Source: Bigelowiella natans CCMP2755 (lineage: Eukaryota > Protista > Cercozoa). From it: a stretch of DNA of 36,861 nt. Made by a program: the position numbers and the translations under genes. The DNA is taken from positions 1 through 36,861 of the forward strand of contig ADNK01001989.1 in NCBI GenBank assembly GCA_000320545.1, given 5' to 3'. Positions 1-11,300 of the stretch are shown here, in pieces. The notes under the pieces are model-generated. The model searched no databases and was not told the DNA's origin. It saw nothing but the letters and a program-made list of their open reading frames with translations. How positions within the stretch are numbered: position 1 is the stretch's first letter; each line of letters starts with the position of its first letter.

Positions 1-258
1 TCTAGGTTTCTCAAGTCGTCCCGGGACATGGGAAAGTCAAGGTTAGAGATGAGGAAACCCAGCATCTGCACGCGTTGCTCTCCGCGGCCCCCTCCACTGA
101 AGCACCACGCACACACGCACACACACACACACACACACACATACATACAAATTTATGACCGCTTCTGTGGAGTTGCTGGGGTTGGAGCACGATGTTTCAG
201 TGAAGGTGGCGACGGTGAGGAATACCGTGGTGATGATGGGGGTGGTGACGACGACAAC

Positions 259-289
<31 letters not shown>

Positions 290-776
290 AGGATAGTGAG
301 GCAGGCGTAGCAGCAGTAGCAGCGGAGGAAGATGGCCCACCATATTTACTAGTTTCGTTGAAGCTGGAATAACAACCAAGGAGAGAGGGAAGAGAAAGTG
401 AGTAGAGATGGTGAAGCGCATCAATATGATAATCATGATTTCAGAGAAACTACCTAGAAAGACTCGTATTCAACGTATCGGTCTCATGGTCCTCTGGTTG
501 TTTACTTGAATGGCATTCAGAAAGCCTTAAGAACGAAGGGGTTGGATTCCGACGGCGACTCCGGCGCATAGACGTTATACTTGCTTGCTTCAACGATGCT
601 ATCCAGGAGCCCACCGTCGCCCTCCTGCTGCTGCCGATTTGCCGCCAATTATGCAAACGATAGGGCAATACGAGCGGCGCAGACGACAATACGGATCGCG
701 AAGAAGATACGAGCACCGCGAGGAGGAGGATTGCGCTGATGGGCGTTCTGGTGGAAACAAGGGCACACGCGTCAAT
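1..776 (-). CDS. RRM-containing RNA-binding protein, partial (start not resolved, runs off window); possible signal + transit peptide
   Basis: In-frame GT-AG exons ~776-455, ~364-161, ~97-1 give ...SAILLLAVLVSS (hydrophobic) / R,S-rich segment / S,P-rich linker / GFLISNLDFPMSRDDLRNL (RNP2-like RRM start). Confidence 0.5.
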
Positions 777-1245
777 CTAACGGCCCCCCCTCATCACCCA
801 TACACATCATGCTCACAATCCTCTAGACCTTAGCATGGATGAGGCGGACATCCACGCCTTGTAATTGTCTGGCTCGAGCTGGATCGTCGCTGTGGCTCGC
901 TCCGTATTGCCACGAGGTGTGTGGGGAATCGAGAAATCGATCGTAGATCTATTTTCCGAAAAAGAAACAAAGAGCATTCCTTCACGTCAACACCGGCCGG
1001 AGATCGGCAGAGATCGTGATACGGTAATTGCCTCTCCCCAAAATCTCTGGAATGCGTCTCAGCTGTTCTCGTAATTTTCCGTAGATCTTCGATTATTAGA
1101 TCTAGATAAAATTAATTGAGTTTGCAGAAGTTTTTGGTTCCGATCATGGCGATTTTATAATCGCGACATGGAAAAAGAGGCTCTTGTCCTAGATGTCGGT
1201 CAAAATTAGAATTGCCTGCTCCCACCACCACCGGAAATTGAGGCG

Positions 1246-1571
1246 ATGGGTTGTTTCAGCAGCAAACGGGAAATGGAGCGGCAAGAACGTCAGTACAGTA
1301 GTGGCCGTCGATAAATAACACTCCTACATTTCCTTTGCGTCACAGTGTATTATGTTTGCTTACTGGAGACAATGATTATAAGCGTGTGTGTAATTTGATT
1401 CTAATTTTTTAATTAATTTTCGTCCTGACATTCCCAGTGAAAAGGCAGTGCGAGGATGCGCTGATGTACACGTATGGCGTAAGTAGACAAGTGCTGAGGG
1501 AGGCATGTGAATCATTGTGGAATGTAAGTATCGGTAGATAGTTTCGGAACCCTGTCTGCACCATCAACCTC

Positions 1572-1614
<43 letters not shown>

Positions 1615-2799
1615 AGTTTTTAAGAATTGTATCTTTTTAATCCATTACAGAGCACCGATGTAGATACCGACGGTGGAATTGATACCAAGGTTGTAAGATG
1701 TGACTTCACACCACTTTCATTCACAGGGTTACATTTGGTCTGACAACACGTTTACAGCTCACATTACGTATGTTTCTACATATATTTTGTACACGCGCGT
1801 GTGTGTGTGTGTGTGTGGGTGTGTGCGTGTGTGTATGTGTGTGTTGTTTCAATATTTTCTGTGAAAGCAATTTTGAACGATATAATTGACTCAGGAACTT
1901 GAGAGGGCCATTCGGAAAATATTTCATAAATGGCATGCAGAGCTACATATTCAAAAGCCTGTATGTACAAAAATAGTTACTACTCCACACACCGAAGCGT
2001 TTTCGCACATGTCCGCGCAGGGATGTTCATGTGGGAATACGCATGTGAAATATACGAAATTCCATTTTTTTTAAAACCAATAAATGCTTCCAGGATTTCC
2101 GTTAAAAGTTCTATGTAATTAGTTTCCGTCGGACGAATTCATTAAAGAACGGGCAAAGCGTATGATGGAGAAATTAGATTTCGGTGCGTTTTGAATCTAT
2201 ATAAAATATCATAGGATGTAGTAACCACAAATTAATTGAAAATCTAAGTAGCATCAGCTCAGCACGTAAATTTTTTTGATGAATTTTATTTAGAAACACC
2301 AAATATTACGTGTCTTCCACTTTAACTGCTGACCTACCTGAATACCTTATGTAGCTCCCCCCCCCCTCTCTCTCTCTTTCTCCATCCATCTATCTCTGGT
2401 TTAATTCTATTTGTGTGCTTGTGCTTTGCATTGGGGGATACTCTACTCCAGACGGAGATCAAGTGTTAGATAAAAAAGAGTTTGAGCTGTTCGCCTATGC
2501 CACACTTGAAGAGACGCTCAAGGTAACTTTTTCACGTATTATACCATCGAGTACTAGAAGTGACTGTCATGATTGATTCTTCCCGTTTTGAGATCCCACC
2601 AATGAGTTAGTCTGAGTTTATGCAGAGAGATTGGTGATTACGGTGATCGTGATGATGGGTGATAAAGACACCTTGTCGCAAATTCTCACCATGATGATAA
2701 ATTTCACGTTTTGGTACGTTTCATGATTCTCAGAAACAGAAATTGGCAAAGGCTAAAAAGACAGAGGCTGAAAAGGAAACGGGATGTCCCAGAGATTAG
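1246..2799 (+). CDS. N-myristoylated two-EF-hand calcium-binding protein (7 exons)
   Basis: Spliced by eye: MGCFSSKREMERQELKRQCEDALMYTYG...STDVDTDGGIDTKELERAIRKIF...KLDFDGDQVLDKKEFELFAY...ETGCPRD*. MGCxxS motif; EF loops DVDTDGGIDTKE and DFDGDQVLDKKE; all junctions GT-AG and in phase. Confidence 0.75.
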
Positions 2800-3890
2800 T
2801 AAATACTCCTGTGTATCATACAGTACCATGGCACTTTCACATTTAAAATAGTATTACAATGATTAGTTTCCCCTCTGCTTCAAGTTGAGCAGCAGGAGAT
2901 TCACATACAAGCAAATCGCGTCTTCATGCGACTTTTTGGCACTTACGTGCAGCTGTCACAGCTAGCTACGTGCACGTTCGTGCATAGTAGGACGCTTCAA
3001 TAATGTTACTAATCATGCCATGGTGTGTGTGCAAATTAGTGTGCACATGTGATGATAATAGAGACACAGTAATACTATACACAATGATGCACATTGTACA
3101 TGTCAATCATGATCGATGCAGCTAAAATTACAAGATCCCTACACCATTGTCAAACAAGTTATAAAGTGGTTCATACACATCTAGCTAGCTAGACATGTGA
3201 GACGGATGTAACGTATGGTTTAAAAATTTTCTATGCATGGTCATCCCAATACAGCTGCATGCATCATATTTATTACTAGATTGGGCCAAGCTAGCACGTG
3301 CATTGGCGTGCAATTAGCTAGTTTAGCATACTCTAAACGACCCGCAAGCAAGCGGTAAGCTTCATCCTTTGGTGGTATGCACATGCATGATCAGCTTATG
3401 TTACATGTTCAACAGGGTTTTAGTTTTGTGGACATAAGCATTGTTAAAGCTTACATTAGCACGGTTGTGTTGCTAGTGCTGCGCAATACAACTACAACGT
3501 ACATGCTAGCATTCATGTAAACTATAAAAGTACAAATACTACAAGGCATTTAGAAATCATTTGCTGCTATGCGTAAGCTGGCATGCTAGCATGGCACCTT
3601 ACATTGGCATTCCTGCGTAACAACGGTGACATATACGTAGCACGCATAGCTTTGTGCGCATGTGACATATCGAACGCTTGCTTATAGCTTCTTAGCTTCG
3701 ATCGCTGGGAAGTTGGAACGCACATGGAAAAGTATTGCGCTTGCAGCGTCGTGAGATGTAAGCTTCTCCATCCACTCGATCTTATCAACGTAACGATTCA
3801 AACATTACTAAGGTTCTTGCCTACACAGAAGGAATGATGGAGAAATATAACTTGCGCGGGAAAAAACTGTTTCAACTGCAGGTAAGTGTC

Positions 3891-4016
3891 TTATAGCGGC
3901 CAGCCTGTGATTGGAACCCGAGCTTCGTCAGAGAGTTTCTTTAGATCTTTCATGATCTGTCGGATATAACGTTGGCATCAAACGCGCTACTTTTGTCAAC
4001 CATCGAAGTACACACA

Positions 4017-4055
<39 letters not shown>

Positions 4056-4071
4056 CTAATTATATAGCAGA

Positions 4072-4116
<45 letters not shown>

Positions 4117-4721
4117 TATTCATATGTGTGTCTGTGTGCGTGTGTATGTTTGTCTTGGACGTATATATCTGTGCTATGAATATTACATTTTCGGTCTCGC
4201 TGCCAGGCAATGTCGTTGTGCCGAAGTCATCAGTCAGCTTCCCTTCAGGGGTTTCGAATATTAGACCCGACACCACCTGACGAGGAAGAGTCCATACAAA
4301 TGTGAGATGATATAGTCTATTAATATTTCATTCACGTAAGCACTCTCATGACGAACATCAAACTGAATGTTGAAATTGAGATGTGGAGAGAAGAAATATC
4401 CTTATTTGCTTAAATAACCCCTTCGAACTTCTTGTTGACATATGAGAGCAATTTCCCGTCGCTGAGAGCAGAAGTGGCAAAGCAAGGATCAGAGAGCTAG
4501 ATGTAGCTACGAGATTCCTAAACATCATTCTCATTTTTTTCAAACCTAGATTTTATTTTAGAGCTTCGACAGAGTGTTTCTAGAAGCGATAGTTCATGCA
4601 AACATAAAACGCATAAATTGAAAGAAGTGTCCTTCTGACATATTGCTACCTTTCTGCATAAAGCACTTTGTCTCCGTCATTGTCGGTGAAGCTCACGATA
4701 CCCTAAATTTATATCCACAAG

Positions 4722-4799
<78 letters not shown>

Positions 4800-5257
4800 A
4801 TTCAAACAATGCGAAAATCAAGCAAAAGAGGATTGTTGTTTAGGGTTTAAAATTAGGGTTTGCCGCTTACATATCCTTTGAGGAATGCATCCTCAACTGA
4901 AGGCATGATTTCCACAGCCTCCACCTCCACCTCTATAGTCTCCACAGCAGCTTCACTTTGAGTTGTCTTCTCAGAATTACTCTTTCCGTCGGGTTCATTA
5001 TCCTTATCAGCTTCTGGAGATTCCTTTTCTTCTTCTTCTTTGGAACAACACTACATTCACACTACGCCGAGCACAGCTACAGGTAAAAAATAATAGAAGA
5101 GTGCGACCTTCAACGAATTCGGGAGGTTCTCCAAGTCTAGTCTTCCATCTAGCATATGTTGTAAAAGGTTTCGCGAGGGGCGCCGACAAGCCCAGGAAGT
5201 AGACGAGGCGCATTCTCCCCACAGCTCGGAGCGATCGTGCCTATAAACCGAGTCCAT
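3891..5257 (-). CDS. Hypothetical multi-exon protein (5' end uncertain)
   Basis: In-phase GT-AG exons: ...EEEEKESPEADKDN...EDAFLKGY|GIVSFTDNDGDKVLYAE|SDGKLLSYVNKKFEG|VVSGLIFETPEGKLTDDFGTTTLPGSETEN|IMKDLKKLSDEARVPITGWPL*. Confidence 0.5.
4725..4796. repeat. Compound (CA)n(TA)n intronic microsatellite (similar at ~4010-4113, 20050-20114, 35942-36006)
   Basis: Directly visible tandem dinucleotides. Confidence 0.9.
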
Positions 5258-5727
5258 CAGTGCTATTCCTTTCTAAGTCATAAAAACACCACTCGCTCTC
5301 CCTCTCTCTTTAAATTCTATTTCGTTCCCGCTTATCATCCCACATCTTCCCTGCAGCCCATTGATCATCATCTTATTACGAGAGTCTGCATGGGAATCTT
5401 AGGGGGGAGAATCTGAAATATGCCGCTTTATCTGGTAAGAGCGTCCAATAAGAACCATGTGATTTCTTATCTACGACTGCTTAATTTGATTATCGCATCA
5501 TATTTTCATCACGATGCATTGAAAATAAAGATTGCGACAACCATCAATTCAAGTCGTAGGGTATTTTTTAAATGGTATTCCTTGCCATTCGAGTATATTC
5601 CAGCTGCCTATTTTATGAGCGGAGAACATCCTCCACACCTTCAACCCCATTGATCGTGCCAATCCGATCGCGTGCTCGTACGAAGGCCTCTCTTCTTTAT
5701 GCGGGCTCGGTGATGCAGGCTGCACGC

Positions 5728-6726
5728 ATGAGACCTCCAATTCTGCTCGCCTTCGCCGCTTTTGCTTTTGGAGTGTATCGAAAAGATGAAAGAGGAGTCA
5801 AGAATGATGCAATAAAAACAAAAACTCCACCGATATCGGCGACGGACCAAGAGCTGTTCAATCGATACATGGTCGTTGTTATCTGCGTGTTATCGTTATA
5901 AGAGAGGCTACTTTAATTCGCCTTACATCGTTAGCTCTTATGCTCGATCATACTTTTCTCCGATGAGCGTGATGATAAAATTGCCTTCTCTTCTTCCGAC
6001 AGAGGGGTCTTTTTCGTATCCAGGAGCTGAACGAGCTGATAGATGACCGCCGAACGGTCCTCCAGAAATTAGTGGAAAATGTCGTTTTTTGGGTGCGTTA
6101 CAATACCACTTGAATGACACGTGGAAAACGTACTTGTGAAACACAGATAGTGGACGACATGGACATAGTGAACGACCACTGGTATCTTGCAGAAGGTGCG
6201 CTTTCTGGATCATAATGTCGTATCGAGCCCATACAGTATGTATGTATGTATGTATGTATGTATATATGTATATATGTCACCATAGGTACCTGGAATCCAA
6301 GAATACTTCTTGGAAAATGTTCGGTGCTGTTGAGTCCTTCGAAGACGAGAGAAATCATTGACCGAAAGTCTAAACTCCCTGTGCCTCTTCCCCGCCATTG
6401 TTTCACAATCTCTCATTAACATGCTACTTTGAGAAAATTTCGATGATAATATAATTACTGTCCTTTTACTAGACAGAGTAGGGCGATCCGAGATACTGAA
6501 GTTATGGACAGGGAGCGTCGAAAGCTTTTGACAGAGCTGCAGCGAATAAAAGGAATGATATCTGCCACCGTACGTCATTGCTTCCCTTCACCTACCTTCC
6601 GAATCTAGTTTTGACGATTACACTACTTTTTCCACCTAGATTCAACCTTACATTGATCTCGAAGAGGTTGGACATGAAATACTCGACAAAGCGCAGGAAG
6701 CACTCTCCGAAAACGCTGCGCACTAG
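5728..6726 (+). CDS. Hypothetical helical/coiled-coil protein with signal peptide, multi-exon
   Basis: MRPPILLAFAAFAFG start; exons ELNELIDDRRTVLQKLVENVVFL, SRAIRDTEVMDRERRKLLTELQRIKGMISAT, IQPYIDLEEVGHEILDKAQEALSENAAH*. Middle exons not fully resolved. Confidence 0.5.
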
Positions 6727-7524
6727 TGCAGTGCACTGTGCATGCGATGCGAAGCACGCTGGATGTGCAAACATGAAATAGGAGTTTAGATCCCGCCTGT
6801 TGTGACGCTGAGCTTCTATCTCCATGGATGCCTTTCAGAGTAATGGTAGCAAATTGCTGCCACATGTAGGTGCATGCATGATGAGCTTCTTATATGAATT
6901 AAGTCATTGGAACAAATAATCATGGAATGAAGCCGCACCAGCACAGATTCGTGGTCGGCCATATAGCCATGACGACCAGTCATTAATGCAGTGATGTCAA
7001 CTGCACATCTAGACATGAACACGTACACTTCATCTTCATCGATCATTCACCCAATGCTGCATGTTGCCAGCGTCCGCAGATCATTGGACAAGTTTGCCAA
7101 CTGTTGCAGTCTAAGCGTGCATTGTTGTGGGCAGTGCAAGCGAGTACAATGTCTGACGGTACTCAAAAAATAAGAGCTAGCAGACTCACGCGAGAGCCCA
7201 TGGATTTTTTTTTTTTCACATCATTAGCTTCATAGCTTGCTTTTCACCAAAATGATCAAATGCATTGCATCTAGACATTGCAGCAGCCGTCCGTGCACAG
7301 AGTGTGCTAGTGTGGCATGCACATGTGGCAAGAGGTGAGTTTGCACATTGCTTAGCTCTCCTGTCTGTGCAAGGTGGCAGCAGACAAATTGCAAGCGCTC
7401 AACACCAGCCTTGCACATGTCGCATTCAGTGCTCTCTGTCATCGTCATTGCACAGCAGAACTCTTCCTGACATGCACCGACATCCCTGCTAGCCTGGGAC
7501 CGTCTTCCATCCTTCGCGCACATT

Positions 7525-7950
7525 CTAGATCAAGTTCAAGTGCTCAACACTTTTTTCAGCGCACATGCTGGGAGTGTCCCAGTGTCTTTCATCGCCTTGG
7601 CCCCCAACGGCGTAGATGTGTCCATTGTCACAACACAAATCAAACAACCGTCCACCCACCGACATCTCCGTGTGAGCGCCTTCCACCCAGCGCTCGTGTT
7701 CTTCAAGTCCAAGCACTCAACGCTGTGTGAAGCTTGCCATCACTGCAGCACGCGCTGAGTCCAAGCATGCCTCATCATTTGCAGACATGTCTGGCTAGCT
7801 GGGGCCGCCCTGTCCGCATTTTCTAAGTCCAAAACTCAACCCTGCCTTTTTGCACCACCCGCTTCACTCCACCCCCTGCCAGCCTGCGGCGAAAAGCGTG
7901 TCATCACAGCAGCACACCCCAAATCCCCTCCTCTCCATCAGCACACAAAT
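7525..7950 (-). pseudogene. Frameshifted, TpA-eroded Kelch-repeat gene relic, interrupted by the LTR element
   Basis: Minus-strand fragments MERRGFGVCCCDDTLFAAG, SVECLDLKNTSAGWKAL and MSVGGRLFDLCCDNGHIYAVGG...EKSVEHLNL match Kelch motifs (IYAVGG, SVE.LD....W); several frameshifts. Confidence 0.65.
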
Positions 7951-8276
7951 TGTAGCGCGTACCACTACGCGGGCACAAGTCACGTGCGACAACAAAGGGG
8001 TTGTCGCGGATATAGAATATAGATAACGTAGATATTAATACAGCATAGGCACGTGGGTTCCGGCGGGACTCATGGCAGCACACCGGAAGTGTGCTGCCCC
8101 ACGTGCGGCGGCATTCGCGAAAGCTTCGCGAATGATTACGCAGTGCACGATTTAATAAAAATATAATCTTTAATAAAAATAAACACAACTCTTCAAAAGG
8201 AAGCAAACGTGCCTTTCCCCCCCCCTGCCTACTTGTGCACGTAGCGCCTCGGCCTGTGAACACCTTACGCGCAACA
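7951..8276 (+). repeat. 5' LTR
   Basis: TGTAGCGCGT...ACGCGCAACA; identical to 13341-13666. Confidence 0.97.
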
Positions 8277-8281
8277 ACCTT

Positions 8282-8299
8282 TGGCTTCCACACACGGGA
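8282..8299 (+). promoter_or_regulatory. Primer-binding site (tRNA not identified; Glu/Asp-like acceptor with G discriminator)
   Basis: TGGCTTCCACACACGGGA, 5 nt after the LTR; its reverse complement TCCCGTGTGTGGAAG-CCA fits a tRNA 3' end. Confidence 0.65.
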
Positions 8300-8315
8300 A
8301 ACGATTTGACTAACA

Positions 8316-11300
8316 ATGTCACAGCAGCTAGAAGAACAGCAGGACTTTGGCTCGCAGGCCGTGCAAGGGCACGAGCAGAAACAGGAAAGGAAGGGCGATA
8401 CGGACGCTAAGGAAGGAGGAGGAACACCTCCACAGGCACCGCCGGGACCAGCACCCGGGATTAAGAAAGCAGATGCAGCAGCAGAGGCACTGGAGAACTT
8501 CTACGAGGCGGACGACGAGGACGTGGCCGCCGAAAGCAAGAAGGTCGTAATGGCATTACGAGCCTTGCGACCCAGGGCGAGCAACTACGCCAAACTGAAA
8601 GTATCGATAGAATACAAGTATCAGACACATGATGTTTGGGCAGCTATCATGCAGGACATCATGGATTACGAAGCAGACTTACCTCCAGAGTGGGCAGCTT
8701 TGTTTAGGAACGACGGGGGTCTGGGCGCCTCGCGGGGGACGACCCAGAGCACCGTCAAGCAGCAGCAGCCGGTACAGCGGAACACCCAGTTCATGTCTGT
8801 TAAAACAGCACCGGTTATGATAACGAAATACAACGGGAAAAGAGGTGAGGCAAGGAGGTGGTGGAAGAACGCTAGGAGTATACTCTGCGACTTTACCCCT
8901 AACCCCACCGAAAACGACAAGCTCAAATGGCTAGCTATAATAAAGCAAGCCATGGACCTTTACGAGACAGGCAGGACCCGGATCAGGCAGCTAGAGAAAA
9001 TACACACTACAGTTAGTGGGCTACGAGACGTTGAGGCGATAATGAAGGCTTTTGTAAATGAACAGGATGCTAACTCCCTACCCCAGGCTATTAGAAAATA
9101 CAGAGCAATGATGCAGCATGAGAGAGAACCTGTTAGAGACTTTGCCACGCGCTTCCAGGATATGATCGACGAACTACATGATTTTAATTACAACACAGGT
9201 GATGATCAGGCAAGGTTTGAAGAGTTCAAGTTAAAGATAAAGGAATCCACTTACGTTACGGAGAAAGGCTACACCACGATGGAGGCAGCAGTGCAGGCTA
9301 TATCCCTACGCGAGCAGGAGCAGGACCGCAAGTTTACCAGCCCTAAGGTACCTGGCATAGGAAACATTAACGCTATTAAGCCGCAGCGAGACTGGTACAA
9401 GGACAGGGAAGGTAACCGACGTTGCGGATACTGCTCACGTAAAGGGAAACACACCGCTAAAGACTGCAGAGACAGGAAAGAAGGACGACCCAGGATGACG
9501 ATCAGGCAGCTCAACGAACACTACGAGAAGTTAAAGAGAAAGAAAGGCAGAGGACAAGGATATAACAACAGCAAATGGCAAGGCAGCAACAACGGGAAGA
9601 ACAATAAATATAAGAACAAAAAGCAGAACAGTATCAATGCTATACAGCAGCAGATAAACGGAATATTAGATCACCTTAAGCAGGCGCCGACGAAGACAGC
9701 AGTACCAGCAACGCAGGACCAAGACAAGCCCATGACCCTAGACGACATAAAGAACTTAGGAGTATGCAACATTAATGACGAAGACGCTAACAGGACTATC
9801 AAAGTTGCTATGACCAAGGTTAAAGTTAAAGACAGCTACGGAGACTACAAGAAACTACCTGCCCTTTGGGATAGTGGCAGCATGCCGAAGTCCTTCATAA
9901 GCCTAAGCACAGTAAGAAGGTTAGGACTATTGGATCAAGTGACTAAGAAAGAACGTAAATATGCTCAAGCAGACGGAAGCTCTTCCATGAAGACCGTCGG
10001 TGAGCTAATGCTAAAGCTACAGATACCTGGCAGCGACGCGGAGACCCAAATCAAGACCCGAGTAGCCATGACTTTATCCATGGAACTACTCCTCGGACAG
10101 GATGCCCTAGAAAAATTAGGGGGGATCATATCATTCTACAATCACAAGATATACTTTGCTAAGTTGCCAAAGAAGTCAGGCAGGACCATCAGCCAGAACA
10201 TGATACGGCTTGACGAGTGGACCTCTGAGTCAAGCGTTAATGCGTTAGAGTTTATGGACCTAGCGGACAACAAGCTACCTACACCTACCGAGCTACGGAA
10301 GAAGAACCCCGGCAAGACCATCCGACAGATAACGGAGCTACTGGACAAGACCCCCCCAGCTGATGATTGGGATATCGACAAAGGCAAAAAGTACATTAAT
10401 AAAATATTAAACGAGAAGTACTCTGACATCACCAAGCCGACGACGAAGCCCTCCAGCAAGCTTACCCCAGTAAAGATCGAGCTAAAGAAGGGATACGAAG
10501 AGTGCATCATCAATGACCCAGAACATAGGCGACCGGAAGCGGACTGGGAAAAGATAGAGTGGCAGATCAATGAATGGGCAAAGGAAGGGAAGATAGAGCC
10601 AAGCAACTCACCATGGAACGTGAGACATGTGCTAGCTAAGAAACCTACTTACCCTTTCTTCCGCCTGGCGCACAACTTCATCCGCCACAACCGAGTAATA
10701 AAGAGGATCCAGACACCTACACCAAGGATAGATGACGTTATTGAACACGTCATAGGATACAAATACTACTCTTCCCTAGATAAAAATGAATCATACATGC
10801 AGACACCCATCCACAAAACCTCCCGCCCCATTACCGCGTTCTCCAGCAGGCACAGGAAGTGGCACTTCGTCGTATTCCCTTACGGCCTAAGCATATCAGG
10901 GGATGCGTTCAGTAGTCAGAACTACAGGGCATACACACATGATGGGATGGCGTCTGTGTTGTGGGTGTTTGTGTTTGTGTATGTGGATGATGACATAATA
11001 TGTACCAACACAGTCGTCGCTCAGATCTTCCTCCTGGAAAATATATTTATTAGGTTTGCACACTTCGGTTTTACTATTAGACTGCAGAAGTGTACATTCC
11101 TAGCTACAAGAATCAAGTGGTGTGGATATTACCTGGAGCAAGGCCGCATCACCCCAAACCCCGAGAAAGTAGCAGCACTACAGCAAGCCCCTAAACCTAA
11201 GAATGCAAAGGAGTTAAAGTCATTCTTGCAGACTGCAGCTTGGATACTACGTAGGTTCTCCCCTACCTACGCTAGGACTGCAGCTGCTTTTACTACTGCT

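Noticed and set aside
3829-3881. Extra + strand exon (GMMEKYNLRGKKLFQLQ) for the EF-hand gene
   Set aside because: Phase does not join the preceding exon, which already ends in TAG at 2797-2799.
4840-4861. Telomere-like TTAGGG pair
   Set aside because: Only two separated units inside an intron; likely chance.
8049-8106. Hammerhead ribozyme in the LTR three-way junction
   Set aside because: No CUGANGA/GAAA core in correct register on either strand.
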